Shown here: positions 49,044-60,784 of the stretch, in pieces
How the letters are laid out: each line of letters opens with the position of its first letter
Position numbering within the stretch: the first letter of the stretch is position 1
Assembly (NCBI GenBank): GCA_963749495.1
Contig: CAVVMW010000014.1
Location: 1 to 64,000, forward strand
Direction: 5' to 3'
Origin: an uncultured bacterium
Lineage (GTDB): Bacteria; Verrucomicrobiota; Verrucomicrobiia; Limisphaerales; UBA8199
DNA: 64,000 nucleotides
Notes under the pieces: model-generated
What the model was told of the DNA's origin: nothing
The model's database searches: none
Seen by the model: the letters and a program-made list of their open reading frames with translations, nothing else
Made by a program: the position numbers and the translations under genes

Positions 49044-52000
49044 ATGGACATGAACTCAACTTCGGCCAACCGCACGATCAACCAGAGCGAAGTCGGTTCG
49101 GAGAAAAGCCAATTCGTCGCCGTTGTCCTGCCTTGGGTCGTAGCGCTCGGGGCATTGGTGGTCTATTTGGCGACACTCAACCCATGGCTCTCGTTCAACA
49201 ACCTGTTGAGTGTGGCCAAGACCTCCGGATGGACCTGGCAACCGGAACTCATCGGTCCGGTCTGCTGGCTGCTGATGTGGCCGCTGCGCAAACTGCCGCC
49301 CCAGGCCATCCCCGTGGCCGTCAACCTGTTCTCGACGGTTTGCGCGGTCCTGACCCTGGCCCTGCTCGCCCGCTCCGTCGCCCTGCTGCCGCATGACCGC
49401 ACGCAGGAACAGCGCGAACGGGAGCGAAGCCCCTTCGGGCTGCTCTCGACCCGCAGCGCTTGGCTTCCCCCGGTGCTCGCGGTGGTGGTCCTGGGCCTGC
49501 AACTGACCTTCTGGGAAGATGCCACTGCCGCCTCCGGCCAGATGGCCGACCTGACCACCGCGCCTTTCGCCAATCACTGCGAGATGCTCGACCTGCTGCT
49601 CTTTGCCTACGTCATCCGCTGCCTGCTGGAGTTCCGCATCAGCGACCGCCAGTCCTGGCTCTCGCGCGCCGCGTTGGTCTATGGCCTGGCCATGACCGGC
49701 AATTGGGCCATGATCGCCCTGCTGCCGCTCTTTGTCATCGCCGTCATGCGCATCAAAGGACTGAACTTTTTCAATGGCCGGTTCCTGGGGCGCATGACCT
49801 TGTGGGGCCTGGCGGGCCTGTCGTTCTACTTCCTGCTCCCCGCGGTCCAAAGCGTGCGGGACATCTCCAAGGTGCCCTTTTGGCCGGCCCTGTCGGCGGA
49901 GCTGGGCCAGCAAAAGGGCGCCCTTTCGCTGCTCCATGTCTATTTCTCCTATTGGAAGGAGCAGGCCCTGTTGCTGGCGGTGACCTCTCTGGTCCCGGTC
50001 TTCCTCATCGGCATTCGCTGGACCTCGCATTTTGGCGACATCAGCCGCGTGGGCATCTGGCTGACGAACCTGACCTTCCAAGTCGTCCAGGGCGTGCTCC
50101 TGGGGGCGTGCATCTGGGTTGCGCTCGACCCCAAACTCAGCCCCCGCAACAGCGGCTTCGCCATGCCCTGCTTCACACTGTTCTATCTCGGAGCCCTGGC
50201 CGTCGGCTACTTGAGCGGCTATTTCCTCCTGGTGCACGGACGCCGCTCACGCCTCTCGCGCAGGCCCGCCCCGCTGACGCCCCTGAACCGGTGCATCGTG
50301 CTCGCGGTGTGGCTCCTGTTGCCGACAGTCACCGCCCTGCTGGTGTGGCGCAACCTGCCTCAAATCCGCATGACCAACGGCCCGATGCTCAAGCAATACG
50401 CCAGCCACCTGGCCCAGACCCTCCCGCCCAAGGGCGCCATCCTGCTCAGCGATGACGCCAGGCAACTGGTCCTGCTCCACTCCTACCTCACCCAGAATGC
50501 CAAAGACCGCAATTATCTCTTCGTGGACACCCAGTCCCTCCAGGTGCCCGAGTACCACCGCTTCCTGAGCAAGCAATACTCGACCAACTGGCCCGTCGAC
50601 ATGCCCCGCGACGTCCAGCAACTGGTCCGGGACAGGCCGCTCATGGGCGTCATCTACCACCTGTCTGCCAGCAACTCGGTCTATTACCTGCACCCGAGCT
50701 TCGGCTATTACTTCGAGGTCTTCGATACCGAACCTCATGGCCTGACCTGCAAACTGACCCGCTGCCACACCAATACCCTGATGGCCCCTCGCCTCTCCGG
50801 AGAGGTCCTGGCGGAAAACGGGGCCTTCTGGGCCCGCGCCGACCAGGCCGCGCTCAAACCCCTGGCCAAGGCCATCTCCGCCCAACGCGAGAGCGAAACC
50901 TGGCTCGACCGCCTCCTGGATCGGCTTTACCTCAAGAAGCTGCCCAACCGGGACGCCACCATCCTCGCCAGCTTCTACGCCCGCGCCCTGAACAATTGGG
51001 CCGTGCAGGCCCAGCGCCAGGGCGAGCTCGCCCAGGCTGCCACCTGGCTTCGGTGTGCCCTGGAGCTCCGGCCGGAAAACCCCGTCTTCCTGGTCAACCT
51101 GGACTGCAACAAGAGCCTCCAGGCCAAGTCCCGGCTCACTCCGCCCAGGGCAGAGTCCGTTGAAGGGCTCCTGAACCAATACCGGCGATGGGACAATGTT
51201 TTGAACGCGAACGGGCCGTTCGACGAACCGACCTACTGCTACCAGCAGGGCCTGGAGTTCGTCAAAGGCCGGCTCTACCGCCAGGCCGCCCAGAACTTCG
51301 CCCGCTCTTCGGCCCTGGCTCCGGATGAGGTCCTGCCCCGTCTCTGGCTGGCGAGAATGGACATCCTGCGCGGCCTGCCCGACGATGCCCTCGACGTGCT
51401 CAAGGACATCCACGACCCCGCGCGCAAGATGGACCTGGCCCGGACCAATCTGATCGACCTGGTCCTCGTGGAATCGGCAACCTACCTCACCAAGGGCGAA
51501 GTCAAGGAAGCCGAGTCCAGCGTGCAATGGGCGCTCGACAAGGACCCCGGCGACGAAGTGCTCCTGACCACCGCGATGCGCGTCTATCTCAGCTACGGCA
51601 TCGTCTCCAATGCGGTCGCTTGCATCGAAGCCGCCCTGGCAAAACGTCCCGAGGATGAGAATCTGCTGGTCATGGCGTCGCAAGTCTATTTGAGCGCCCA
51701 GCGCTACACCAACGCCCTGGCGAGCATCAACGCCGCCATCAAACGGCACCCCGCCGACGACCTGGCCAAGCAATTCATGCTCGCCACGGCAGCCCAGATT
51801 CAGATGAACGCCGGCCTCTACTCCAATGCGATCGTCTGCATCGAGCGCCAACTCAAGCTCAACCCCAACAACCCCCAGGCCCTCGCCTCCGAAGGCTATG
51901 CCTGCCTCCAACTCGGGGCCTTCGACCAGGCCGTCAACTTCCTGACCAAGGCCATCAACATGGAGACCAACAACACGCCCGACCTCAAAACTTATGCCCG

Positions 52001-52250
52001 GCTCAATCGCGCCGTCACTTACCTGCGCAGCAACAACCTCGACCAGGCCAAACGCGATTACGAAACCCTCCAAAAGACCTTCCCCTCCGCCTACCCGGTC
52101 TATTTTGGCCTGCAGGAAATCGCCTACCGCCGGAAGGACACCAACGCCGCCATCCACTATATCCAGTTGTATCTGACTAACAGCCCGCCCGAGAACGAAG
52201 CCAAATCGGTCCGCGATCGGCTCAAGGAACTGAGGCCCGGGTCCGATTGA
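49044..52250 (+). CDS. DUF2723/TMEM260-like polytopic membrane protein with C-terminal TPR repeats
   Basis: About 11 TM helices (VYLATL, AVNLFS), a periplasmic domain (LPPKGAILLSDD) and many TPR-like repeats. Confidence 0.8.
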   Translation: MDMNSTSANRTINQSEVGSEKSQFVAVVLPWVVALGALVVYLATLNPWLSFNNLLSVAKTSGWTWQPELIGPVCWLLMWPLRKLPPQAIPVAVNLFSTVCAVLTLALLARSVALLPHDRTQEQRERERSPFGLLSTRSAWLPPVLAVVVLGLQLTFWEDATAASGQMADLTTAPFANHCEMLDLLLFAYVIRCLLEFRISDRQSWLSRAALVYGLAMTGNWAMIALLPLFVIAVMRIKGLNFFNGRFLGRMTLWGLAGLSFYFLLPAVQSVRDISKVPFWPALSAELGQQKGALSLLHVYFSYWKEQALLLAVTSLVPVFLIGIRWTSHFGDISRVGIWLTNLTFQVVQGVLLGACIWVALDPKLSPRNSGFAMPCFTLFYLGALAVGYLSGYFLLVHGRRSRLSRRPAPLTPLNRCIVLAVWLLLPTVTALLVWRNLPQIRMTNGPMLKQYASHLAQTLPPKGAILLSDDARQLVLLHSYLTQNAKDRNYLFVDTQSLQVPEYHRFLSKQYSTNWPVDMPRDVQQLVRDRPLMGVIYHLSASNSVYYLHPSFGYYFEVFDTEPHGLTCKLTRCHTNTLMAPRLSGEVLAENGAFWARADQAALKPLAKAISAQRESETWLDRLLDRLYLKKLPNRDATILASFYARALNNWAVQAQRQGELAQAATWLRCALELRPENPVFLVNLDCNKSLQAKSRLTPPRAESVEGLLNQYRRWDNVLNANGPFDEPTYCYQQGLEFVKGRLYRQAAQNFARSSALAPDEVLPRLWLARMDILRGLPDDALDVLKDIHDPARKMDLARTNLIDLVLVESATYLTKGEVKEAESSVQWALDKDPGDEVLLTTAMRVYLSYGIVSNAVACIEAALAKRPEDENLLVMASQVYLSAQRYTNALASINAAIKRHPADDLAKQFMLATAAQIQMNAGLYSNAIVCIERQLKLNPNNPQALASEGYACLQLGAFDQAVNFLTKAINMETNNTPDLKTYARLNRAVTYLRSNNLDQAKRDYETLQKTFPSAYPVYFGLQEIAYRRKDTNAAIHYIQLYLTNSPPENEAKSVRDRLKELRPGSD

Positions 52251-52301
52251 CCTTTCGGATTTCGGATTTCGGATTTCGGATTTCGGAGCATCGGGTTTCC
52301 C

Positions 52302-53501
52302 ATGCGCGTCATCCATGTCATCACGCGGCTGATTGTCGGCGGGGCTCAGGAAAACACGATCGCGTCGGTCTTTGGCCTGGGCGAAAGGCCCGGCGTTGAG
52401 GCGCTCCTGGTTTCGGGTCCGACCCGGGGCCCGGAAGGCTCGCTGGAGCCGCTGCTGGCCCGCTGCCCCGGGCTGCTGACTGTCCTGCCGGAGCTGGTCC
52501 GCCCGGTGCACCCCTGGAAGGATTGGCTGGCCTTGCGCCGGCTGACTGGGCTCTTCACCTCCCGCCGGCCGGACATCGTCCACACTCACAGCGGCAAGGC
52601 GGGCGTTCTGGGCCGCCTGGCGGCCGCCCGCGCCGGCGTGCCCATCATCGTCCATACGATCCACGGCCCTTCCTTCGGCCCGTTTCAAGGCCCGCTCGCC
52701 AATACCCTGTTCCGTGCCGCCGAACGCCGCGCCGGAAAGCTCACCACGCATTTCGTCGTCGTCGCCGAGGCCATGAAACGCCAATACCTGGCTGCCGGCA
52801 TCGGCCGGCCCGCCCAGTACACCACGATCTGCAGTGGGTTCGTGCTGGAGCCGTTCCTGGCGGCGGCCAACGACCTTGAACTGCGCGCGCGGCTTGGGCT
52901 GGCGCCCCAGGACATTGTCCTGGGCAAGCTCGCCCGCCTCTTCAAGCTCAAAGGCCATGACGACCTGCTTAACATCGCCCCCGCGCTGGTGAGCGCCTGT
53001 CCCAGGCTCAAGTTCCTCTTTGTCGGCGATGGCCAGTGGCGCGCCCGCCTGGCCAAACGGACCCGCCGCCTGGGTTTGGAAAGGCACTTCGTCTTCGCCG
53101 GCCTGGTGCCGCCCGAGGCGGTCCCGGGTCTGCTCGGCATCATGGACATGGTGGTACACCTCTCGAGGCGGGAGGGGCTGGCCCGCGCCCTCCCCCAGGC
53201 CCTGGCCGCCGCCAAACCGATCATCGCCTACGATTGTGATGGCGCCCGCGAGGTGTGCATTGACAATGAAACCGGTTTCCTTGTGGCTCCAGGCGACCTG
53301 GCCGGCTTGAGCCGGCACATCCAGGACCTGGCCCAGGACCCGGACCTGCGCCGCCGCCTCGGCAGCCGCGGGCGCCAACTCGTTCAGCAGCGCTTCACCC
53401 TCCGGCAGATGGTGGACGAACTGTATGGCCTCTATCTTCAACTCGAGCAACGCCGGGCCGCCGCAGGCGGAGAAATCACCCCGCGCAAACTCGACTCATG
53501 A
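52302..53501 (+). CDS. Glycosyltransferase family 4
   Basis: ITRLIVGGAQ, DIVHTHSGKAG, HTIHG, KGH and EGLARALPQA. Confidence 0.93.
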   Translation: MRVIHVITRLIVGGAQENTIASVFGLGERPGVEALLVSGPTRGPEGSLEPLLARCPGLLTVLPELVRPVHPWKDWLALRRLTGLFTSRRPDIVHTHSGKAGVLGRLAAARAGVPIIVHTIHGPSFGPFQGPLANTLFRAAERRAGKLTTHFVVVAEAMKRQYLAAGIGRPAQYTTICSGFVLEPFLAAANDLELRARLGLAPQDIVLGKLARLFKLKGHDDLLNIAPALVSACPRLKFLFVGDGQWRARLAKRTRRLGLERHFVFAGLVPPEAVPGLLGIMDMVVHLSRREGLARALPQALAAAKPIIAYDCDGAREVCIDNETGFLVAPGDLAGLSRHIQDLAQDPDLRRRLGSRGRQLVQQRFTLRQMVDELYGLYLQLEQRRAAAGGEITPRKLDS

Positions 53502-53532
53502 AATTTCAAATTTCAGAGCCTCGCTTCTCCCA

Positions 53533-54579
53533 ATGATCTTCCCCTTCAATGCCTATCTGGTTGCCGTCCTGAGCGCGTGGCTCACGGCGCTGGCGGCCTT
53601 GCCGCTGTGGAGGAGGTGGTGCCTGCGCACCGGCTTGATGGATGATCCGGGCAAGCGCAAGATACATGACAACCCGATCCCGTTGGCTGGCGGGCTGGCC
53701 GTCATGACCGGCCTGGTGGTGCCGACCCTTCTGGCCTGGCTGTTGCTAGGGTTGCCGGGCGCGCATGGCCGTCTCTGGGGAGTCCTGCCGCCCTCCTATT
53801 CCCCGCCGCTCCCGCGCGCCCCACAGCCGCTGCTGGAGCCCTACGCAGCCTTCCTCCTCCAATACGGTTTCAACCGCCGCGCCCTGGAGTTGCTGGGCAT
53901 CCTCGCCGGCGCCTTCGGCATTGTCCTGGTCGGCTGGCTGGACGACAAATATGAGCTGAGCCCGCGCGCGAAATTCACCGGACAGTTGCTCGTGGCCGCC
54001 CTGGTGGCCGCCACTGGCACCCGCATCACGCTGTTTGTCCCCAGCCTCCTCTTCAGCTACGCCGTCACCATCCTGTGGATTCTCACCCTGGTCAACGCCC
54101 TCAACTTCATGGACAACATGAACGGCCTGTGCGCGGGCCTGGGCGCCATCGGCGCCTGGTGCTTTGGCGCGCGGGCCGCCGCCGATGGCCAGTACCTGGT
54201 GACGCTCATCGCCCTGCTCGCCTTCGGAGCGCTGCTGGGATTCCTCCCGTACAACTTCCCTCGCGCCCGCGCTTTCCTGGGCGATGCCGGCAGCCACCTG
54301 GTTGGCTATCTGTTGGCCGTGCTGGCCATCCTGCCCCACTTCTATACCCCCCATCGTCACCGGCGCTGGGCCGTCCTCATCCCCCTGGCCGTCCTGGCTG
54401 TCCCGCTCCTGGACCTGGTCTGGGTCGTCCTCCTGCGCTGGCGCCTGGGCAAACCCGTTTACCAGGGCGACACCAACCACCTCTCCCATCGCCTGGTCCG
54501 CTTGGGCCTCAGCCAAACCCAGGCCGTCCTGCTCATCTGGCTGGCCGCTGCCCTCTGCGGATTGGTTTGCCTCTTTTAG
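53533..54579 (+). CDS. Undecaprenyl-phosphate GlcNAc-1-P transferase (WecA/TagO, MraY family)
   Basis: RKIH..PIPLAGG, GWLDD, NALNFMDNMNGL, FLGDAGS and HLSHRL. Confidence 0.92.
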   Translation: MIFPFNAYLVAVLSAWLTALAALPLWRRWCLRTGLMDDPGKRKIHDNPIPLAGGLAVMTGLVVPTLLAWLLLGLPGAHGRLWGVLPPSYSPPLPRAPQPLLEPYAAFLLQYGFNRRALELLGILAGAFGIVLVGWLDDKYELSPRAKFTGQLLVAALVAATGTRITLFVPSLLFSYAVTILWILTLVNALNFMDNMNGLCAGLGAIGAWCFGARAAADGQYLVTLIALLAFGALLGFLPYNFPRARAFLGDAGSHLVGYLLAVLAILPHFYTPHRHRRWAVLIPLAVLAVPLLDLVWVVLLRWRLGKPVYQGDTNHLSHRLVRLGLSQTQAVLLIWLAAALCGLVCLF

Positions 54580-54666
54580 GGCCAGGCACATTCGTCATTC
54601 GTCATTCGTCATTCGTCATTCGCCACTCCGCATTCCGCACTCCGCACTCCGCACTCCGCACTCGAT

Positions 54667-56478
54667 TCATCCCTCCGCCTTGCTCCTGGCGGCGATGACC
54701 TCCGAGAAGATGCCCAGGACCTCGGCCCGGGCCAGGGCGCCCACCAGGCGGTTTTCCTTCAGGGTGTTGACGACCGGGATGTTGCGCTGTTCGCTGGACA
54801 ACACCACCGGCAGCGCCTCGATCAGCCGCTGGTTAGGCGTCACACAGGCAGGCGGCGGGCGCATGATGTCATAGGCTATCACCCCGCGCAGTTCGTCGCC
54901 GGCCCCGAGGTACTCCTTCAAGTCCTGCAACGCCACCAGGCCGACCAACTGGTTGCGGGCATCCACGACCGGCAGGAAGTTATTGGCGCTGGTCAGGAAA
55001 CGGTCGGCGATCTCGCCCAGCAGCGAGTTTTCCCGCACCGGCGCCACTGGGGCGCGCATGATGTCGGCCACCGTCCGCTCCGTGGCCGCCTCGGAGGTCG
55101 TAGCGTCCTGGGGCACCGTCACTCCTTTGCGCCGCAGCGGCTCGGTATAGATGGACTCCGGGTGCAGGCGGCGCGTCACCAGGGTCGAGACCACACACGC
55201 CAGCATCAAGGGCGGGACCAGAGAGTAGTCCAGCGAGATCTCGAAGACCATGATCAACGCCAGCAGCGGCGAGCGGGTGGTGGCCGAGAGCATGCTGCCC
55301 ATGCCCGCCACGATGAACGTGCTGACGGGCAGCTCCTTGGCCACGTGCAACTCCTGCAATCCCAGCCCCGAGATCGCTCCCAACCCCGCGCCCAAAAACA
55401 GCGTCGGCGTAAAGACCCCGCCCACCGCCCCCGAACCCACCGTCGCCAGCGTCGCAATCAGCTTGGCCAAGGTCAGTCCAATCAGGAACAGCAAGCCGGT
55501 GTACTCGCCTTGAAGGATGCGGTTGGTGATGACGTAACCATTGCCGCAGACCCCGGGGAATTGCAGGGCCAGGAAGCCCACGATCAAACCGCCCAGGGCC
55601 AGCCGGATGTAGATCGGCGCCTGCAACCCCTTGAACAGTTCCTCCGCCCGGCTCAGCAGCTTGAGAAACGCCGCCCCCGCCGCCCCGGTCACCACCCCCA
55701 GGCACACAAACCACGGCAGTTGCGTCACGCTGGTAAAGTCAAACGGCGGCACCTTGTACCAAGGCTCGATCCCAAAAAAGCTCCGCGAAACCATCGTGGC
55801 CACCACGGACGAAAAGACCAGGGGCGCAAAGAGGTTCATCGAGAAGTTCCCCAGAACGATCAGCGCGGCAAACACGGCCCCGGAAATCGGGGCGTTGTAG
55901 GCCGCCGCGATGCCCGACGCCGCCCCGCAGCCCACCAGCAGCCGCAGCCGATACGGCGGCCACTTGGCCAATTGGCCCCACTTGGAGGCGAACGTGGCCG
56001 ATAGTTGAGTGATGCCGCCTTCCCGCCCGATCGAGCCCCCAGAGCCAATCGTGATCAGTGAGGAGAGGAACTTGACAATCCCGTTCCGAAACGGCAGCCG
56101 CCCGTCCCCGGCCACCACCACCTCCAGCAGGTTGGTGGAACGCTGCGGGCCCGCCAGGCGCAGCCCCCAATACAATACCAACCCCGCCAAAAGACCCCCG
56201 AGCGTCGGCGTCAGCACCCGCTGCCACCCCACCATCATCTCCGCCACTTCCTCCGGCCGGCCCGGCTGGCCCACGAACAACTCCTTGACCCAATCCGTCG
56301 CGTAGTAAAACAACAGGTTGACCAGCCCCCCGATCACCCCCACCCCTCCGGCCAGGACCAGGTGAAAGGTCTCCTCGCTGAAACGGAATGTCTCCCGAAT
56401 CCGCAGCGCCCGCTGCCAGTGGCGCCGGAAAAACCGGTGGCCCCCATCGATGATTGTCGCGCTCTTTACCAACCGCAC
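54667..56478 (-). CDS. clcB: ClcB-like chloride channel/transporter with tandem CBS domains
   Basis: [26 protein letters not shown] and a C-terminal CBS pair. Start uncertain. Confidence 0.9.
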   Translation of the reverse strand: MRLVKSATIIDGGHRFFRRHWQRALRIRETFRFSEETFHLVLAGGVGVIGGLVNLLFYYATDWVKELFVGQPGRPEEVAEMMVGWQRVLTPTLGGLLAGLVLYWGLRLAGPQRSTNLLEVVVAGDGRLPFRNGIVKFLSSLITIGSGGSIGREGGITQLSATFASKWGQLAKWPPYRLRLLVGCGAASGIAAAYNAPISGAVFAALIVLGNFSMNLFAPLVFSSVVATMVSRSFFGIEPWYKVPPFDFTSVTQLPWFVCLGVVTGAAGAAFLKLLSRAEELFKGLQAPIYIRLALGGLIVGFLALQFPGVCGNGYVITNRILQGEYTGLLFLIGLTLAKLIATLATVGSGAVGGVFTPTLFLGAGLGAISGLGLQELHVAKELPVSTFIVAGMGSMLSATTRSPLLALIMVFEISLDYSLVPPLMLACVVSTLVTRRLHPESIYTEPLRRKGVTVPQDATTSEAATERTVADIMRAPVAPVRENSLLGEIADRFLTSANNFLPVVDARNQLVGLVALQDLKEYLGAGDELRGVIAYDIMRPPPACVTPNQRLIEALPVVLSSEQRNIPVVNTLKENRLVGALARAEVLGIFSEVIAARSKAEG

Positions 56479-56852
56479 AAACTGATGCTATGGCCGATCG
56501 GGTTCCTGGCAAACGCAAATTCCTCGACAACCTTCCCCCCGACCAGGTGCTCCTGGATGATTCGTTCGAGCACCGCGGGGGTGCAGGAGTGATACCACAC
56601 CGCCTCCGGATAAACCACCGCGATGGGCCCTTGGGCGCAGACCCGCAGGCAATTGGCCTTGCTCCGATACACCAGCGGCTCCGGCCCCGACAGTTTCAAT
56701 TCCTGGAGCCGCCGCTTCAAATACTCCCACGATTCCAGCCCTTGGGCCTTGCTGGCGCACTTGGGCTCGGTCTGGTCTGCGCACAGGAATATGTGCCGCC
56801 GGTAGTGCTCCAGCCCCAGCACCCCGGCCAAGACCCGCAATTCATTCGACAT
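56466..56852 (-). CDS. Thioredoxin-like [2Fe-2S] ferredoxin
   Basis: HIFLC...[21 protein letters not shown] and IIQEHL. Confidence 0.92.
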   Translation of the reverse strand: MSNELRVLAGVLGLEHYRRHIFLCADQTEPKCASKAQGLESWEYLKRRLQELKLSGPEPLVYRSKANCLRVCAQGPIAVVYPEAVWYHSCTPAVLERIIQEHLVGGKVVEEFAFARNPIGHSISLCGW

Positions 56853-56857
56853 ACAGG

Positions 56858-57121
56858 CTACGTGGGACGGATGGATTCGATCTCGAGGATGCGCACCTCT
56901 TCAACCAACGGATCAAGCCAGTAAACCACCCGAAAACGGCCAAAGTATCTCACAGAGTAATCCCGGCCGGCTGGCGAACGGCGCAGAGCGTCCGGCCCCT
57001 GGCTGGGATCAGTCACAAGCGAACGCAGCGCTCGCCTGAGGTGAGCCCTTTCGGCTGGGCCGAGCGTTTCGGAAAAGTCCCAGGCTTGCTCATGTATCAC
57101 CAGTTGCCAACCAGCGCTCAT
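56858..57121 (-). CDS. RelE/ParE-family toxin
   Basis: 87 aa; GRFRVVY...VRILEI; directly follows an antitoxin-like gene. Confidence 0.7.
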   Translation of the reverse strand: MSAGWQLVIHEQAWDFSETLGPAERAHLRRALRSLVTDPSQGPDALRRSPAGRDYSVRYFGRFRVVYWLDPLVEEVRILEIESIRPT

Positions 57122-57331
57122 TTAACCCCGGTTCGGCCGATCGAGACGCCTCTCAAACTCCTCCAGAGACAGCCGTTTCTTTCCGGTGTCCATATCGGCC
57201 AGACGCCGATCCAATTCGCTCAGTTCCTCCTGGCTATGGGCGCGCAGCTTCTCCGACAGGCAGACAAACAGGAATTGCTGCTCTTCCACTGTGGCGGCGT
57301 CCACCATGCTTTTCAGTTCAGCCGTACTCAT
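57122..57331 (-). CDS. Addiction-module antitoxin-like protein
   Basis: ELDRRLADMDTG...SLEEFERRL; stop abuts the toxin start. Confidence 0.7.
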   Translation of the reverse strand: MSTAELKSMVDAATVEEQQFLFVCLSEKLRAHSQEELSELDRRLADMDTGKKRLSLEEFERRLDRPNRG

Positions 57332-57408
57332 GCACAAACCCTAGCAGAGACCCGTGGCGACTGCAACCACACGGCGGAACGGTTTGGACTTGTTTTCCGA
57401 TTTCCGTC

Positions 57409-58887
57409 TCAGCCCGTCCCCCTGGCCTCGAGGATGAGCCGCGTCTTGAGTTCGTGCAATCCCAATTCGAGGCCGACTGGGTACTGGTGCGGGTTGAGCA
57501 GCCGCTTGATGCCGGGATGGAGCATAGCCAGTTGCTGCTGGAGGCGCTCCCGGATGGCCGGCAGAGCGGGAGGCGAATAGACCAACTGGCCGCGCCGGAA
57601 CACCGGCACCAGGAGGTCCTCGGAAGGAGTCTCCGGCGCGAATTGCTTCCGGCGCGTCGGGTCCACGGGATCGACAATCGTAAAGCGCTCGGGCAGCGGC
57701 GCGCTCAGGTCGTAGATGGCGTCGCCAATGAATTCGCTTTCGGAGCGGAAGCGGCGGACCTGGAGGACGCCGGGATTGGTGACCTTGGCGGCCTGCGAGG
57801 AGAGCTTGAGCTTGGGCTGCCACGCCCCGCCGGGTTGGCGCAGGGCCGAGAGCTTATAGACACCGCCCAGGGCCGGATGGTCGTAGGCGGTGACGAGCCT
57901 GGTGCCGACGCCCCAGACATTGATTTTGGCCCCCTGTTCCTTGAGGCTGCTGATGACGTGCTCGTCCAGGTCGTTGCTCCCCACGATGAGCGCGCGCGTG
58001 AACCCTGCCTCATCGAGCATTTTCCGGGCTTGAATGCTCAAGTAGGCCAGGTCGCCCGAGTCGAGCCGGATGCCGCCCAACGGGTAACCCGCTTGCCGGA
58101 GCCGCCGCCCGGTCTCAATGGCCTGCCGAACCCCCTCCAGCGAATCGTAAGTGTCCACCAGGAAGATGCAGTTGTTGGGCAGGGCCTTGGCGTAGGCCCC
58201 GAAGGCCTCCCGCTCACTGTCGAACGACATCACCCAACTGTGCGCCTGGGTCCCGGCTACGGGGATGCCGTAGGCCTTGCCGGCAAGGAGATTGGAGGTG
58301 CCCGCGCAACCGCCCACATGCGCCGCCCGGCTGGCGGTCAAACCCCCATCCACTCCCTGCGCCCGGCGCAGGCCAAACTCGATGACCGGCTCCCCCCGGG
58401 CGGCCAACCCGATGCGCGCTGCCTTGGTGGCGATGAGCGACTGGAAGTTGATGAAATTGAGCAGGGCCGTTTCGACGATTTGCCCTTGCAGGATCGGCCC
58501 TTGCACCCGCAGCAACGGCTCCTGCGCAAACACCACCGTCCCTTCCGGCACAGCATCCACGTCGCACTCCAGCCGCACCTGGGCCAGGTAGTCCAAAAAC
58601 GCCCGCTCGAAAAGCGGCTCGCCGTCCTGGCCGGGGACCGTCGCCAGGTAATCCAGGTCCGACTCCAGGAAGCGGAAGCCGCGCAAGTACTCGATGGCGG
58701 ACTGCAGGCCGCTGGCAACCGTGAACCCGCCCGCGAATGGCGCCTCCCGAAAGGACAGGTGAAACGCCGCCTCCTTGCCGGCCGTGCCCGACTTCCAGTA
58801 GGCGCAGGCCATGGTCAACTCGTAGAGGTCGCTCACCATGCCCAGCCCGGCCTCAAGGCCGCCCAGTACAAGCGAAGGAAACGGCAT
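57409..58887 (-). CDS. pncB: Nicotinate phosphoribosyltransferase
   Basis: [37 protein letters not shown] and GVGT. Start uncertain. Confidence 0.95.
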   Translation of the reverse strand: MPFPSLVLGGLEAGLGMVSDLYELTMACAYWKSGTAGKEAAFHLSFREAPFAGGFTVASGLQSAIEYLRGFRFLESDLDYLATVPGQDGEPLFERAFLDYLAQVRLECDVDAVPEGTVVFAQEPLLRVQGPILQGQIVETALLNFINFQSLIATKAARIGLAARGEPVIEFGLRRAQGVDGGLTASRAAHVGGCAGTSNLLAGKAYGIPVAGTQAHSWVMSFDSEREAFGAYAKALPNNCIFLVDTYDSLEGVRQAIETGRRLRQAGYPLGGIRLDSGDLAYLSIQARKMLDEAGFTRALIVGSNDLDEHVISSLKEQGAKINVWGVGTRLVTAYDHPALGGVYKLSALRQPGGAWQPKLKLSSQAAKVTNPGVLQVRRFRSESEFIGDAIYDLSAPLPERFTIVDPVDPTRRKQFAPETPSEDLLVPVFRRGQLVYSPPALPAIRERLQQQLAMLHPGIKRLLNPHQYPVGLELGLHELKTRLILEARGTG

Positions 58888-58918
58888 ACAATCAAGTTCT
58901 TCGGCCACGTCAAATCTG

Positions 58919-59218
58919 CAGCCCAGCGCCAACGGCGCGGCCCCATACCAGCCTGGGGCAACGCCCCACGTTCACCGCGTAGCGGTGCCCGATGGTAGCC
59001 GTGGACTTCCAGTCCACGGACCCATGGCTCAAGCTCAACCGCGTCGCGTAGCGACGCCTGAAAACCCCGAGGCCGTCAGGCGTCGCTACGCGACGCGGGA
59101 CCGTTCCCACACCGCAAACCGTGGACCGAGGTCCACGGCTGCCTTCACTGCGTCGCTCCGCGACGCACGCGAGCAGGGCCTTTGGCCCAGGCTGGTACGG
59201 ACCGCGCCGTTGGCGCTC
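58919..59218. repeat. Family A REP cluster nested in an inverted pair of GCGCCAACGGCGC-type repeats
   Basis: Outer arms at 58919-58968 and 59184-59218; inner family A at 58974-59166. Confidence 0.85.
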
Positions 59219-59283
59219 CAGGCGTTGGTTCGGACTCGGATCATCTCCTGGAGCGTTGCCCTGGGACTACTGCCTACCAGCCA

Positions 59284-59541
59284 CTAACTCCACATCGAGG
59301 ACGAAATGTCACGGACCAGTTCGAGGTCTTCGCTCGGTTCGGTCAGGAACGTGAGTTGTTCATCGTCATCACGGATCATAATCCCGGCGTCGTGGCCGCT
59401 ATACTCCTCGAAGCCACTGGAGAACTCACCTTCTTCGCCATCGCTCACAAAGACCACGCTGGCAGCCGTTCCCTTGTATCGGACCCGGTCGCCGGCGTGT
59501 ACCTCCTCGCCGGTCAGGTAGTGCGGCAGGTTGACATTCAT
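59284..59541 (-). CDS. Small acidic hypothetical protein
   Basis: 85 aa starting MNVNLPHYLTGEEVHAGDRVRY; beta-rich and acidic. Confidence 0.55.
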   Translation of the reverse strand: MNVNLPHYLTGEEVHAGDRVRYKGTAASVVFVSDGEEGEFSSGFEEYSGHDAGIMIRDDDEQLTFLTEPSEDLELVRDISSSMWS

Positions 59542-59653
59542 AAGCGTCGTACCTATCTGCATTGCGCTTGCTGCCCTCGGGCCGGGCCAATGCCTGGCCC
59601 GAGTGGATGTGAATGCCTCCCTTCTACACCCGCCGCCCGGTTTTGGGAAGCGG

Positions 59654-60664
59654 TTACTTCTTCTCTTTCTCTTTCTCTTTCTGCTTTTTCTCGGCCTGAA
59701 TGATCTTGTCAACGTCTTCGGCCTTGATGATCTCGGGCTGAGCGCCTTTCTGCAATTGGTCCCGCGAGGGCACCTTGATGATGTCGCTGGTCAACGGGGC
59801 GGCTGGGGCCGGCGGCTTGGGCGCCGCGGGCGGCTCGATGCTGTTCAATTCCATTTCATAAATGACGGTCGAGCCGGGCTCGAGGTTCGGGCCCTGTCGG
59901 TCCCCGTTGGCCAGGGCCGACGGCAGGTAGAGTTCCCATTTGGAACCGACCTTCATCATCTGCCAGGCCTCGTTCCACCCCTGGAAACCGCCCCGGCCGA
60001 CCGGCCGCTTGGCCGGGCCTTGCCCGCCCCGGGCCGAGTTGTCGAACTCCTTGCCCTCGATGGTGAGGCCGCGATAGGTGACGCTGACCATGTCGTTGGT
60101 CTTCGGTATGGGGCCGGTCCCTTCCTTGATGACCTTATACTGCATCTCCGCCGTCTTGCCGTCGCGCAGGGTCACCGTGCAGGTCTTGACCCCCTCCTTT
60201 TTCTTGTTCTCGGCCAGAAAGGCCTCGCCTTTCTTGTGGTTCAGGTCCGCCAGCCTGAGGCGCTCTTCCTCGCGGCGTGCCTGGCATGAAGTCTGGTAAG
60301 ACCGCAGGGCTTCCATCATCTGGTTGGTCTCGTTTAACCGTGCCGGATGACCGGCCACCAGGTCCCTGATCCCGCTGGCAACTACATCCAGGTCGAGATC
60401 CACGATGTTCGCCTTGATGTACTTGCCCATGCTCATGCCGACGGCGTAGCTCATGAATTCCTTCTGGTCCTTGAACCCCTCCGGCAGCTTGGGCGGCGAA
60501 GGTTGGGGGACCATCGTCGTGGGCGCCGGCGGCGCGGCCGGCGGCCTTTTGAAGTTCAGGTTTGTGACGGGACTGGCGGCCGGCTGGACCTGTGCCCCAG
60601 CCCGTGGCTGCCCCACCCCCGTCCCCAGTCCCAAAACCAAAATCAGTCCTAATGCTTTCTTCAT
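59654..60664 (-). CDS. FKBP-type peptidyl-prolyl isomerase (FkpA/Mip-like), exported
   Basis: Signal peptide, SYAVG, GEAFLAEN, QYKVIKEGTG, EFDNS and MKVGSKWELYLP. Confidence 0.93.
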   Translation of the reverse strand: MKKALGLILVLGLGTGVGQPRAGAQVQPAASPVTNLNFKRPPAAPPAPTTMVPQPSPPKLPEGFKDQKEFMSYAVGMSMGKYIKANIVDLDLDVVASGIRDLVAGHPARLNETNQMMEALRSYQTSCQARREEERLRLADLNHKKGEAFLAENKKKEGVKTCTVTLRDGKTAEMQYKVIKEGTGPIPKTNDMVSVTYRGLTIEGKEFDNSARGGQGPAKRPVGRGGFQGWNEAWQMMKVGSKWELYLPSALANGDRQGPNLEPGSTVIYEMELNSIEPPAAPKPPAPAAPLTSDIIKVPSRDQLQKGAQPEIIKAEDVDKIIQAEKKQKEKEKEKK

Positions 60665-60784
60665 AGTTCTGTGTAATGTGAACATTCGTTGTTTAAATGT
60701 CCGTTGGGTGTACACAAAATCCAGACGAAGTCCAGCCGGAAAAAACTTTTTGCGCCCGGCCCATTTCATGGTTGAATCAGCCGC

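Noticed and set aside
50247..53450. 1067-aa minus-strand ORF and similar long antisense ORFs (e.g. 7953-9413, 14631-16283, 39344-41251, 57454-58998)
   Set aside because: GC-rich shadow frames opposite well-supported genes, with no motifs.
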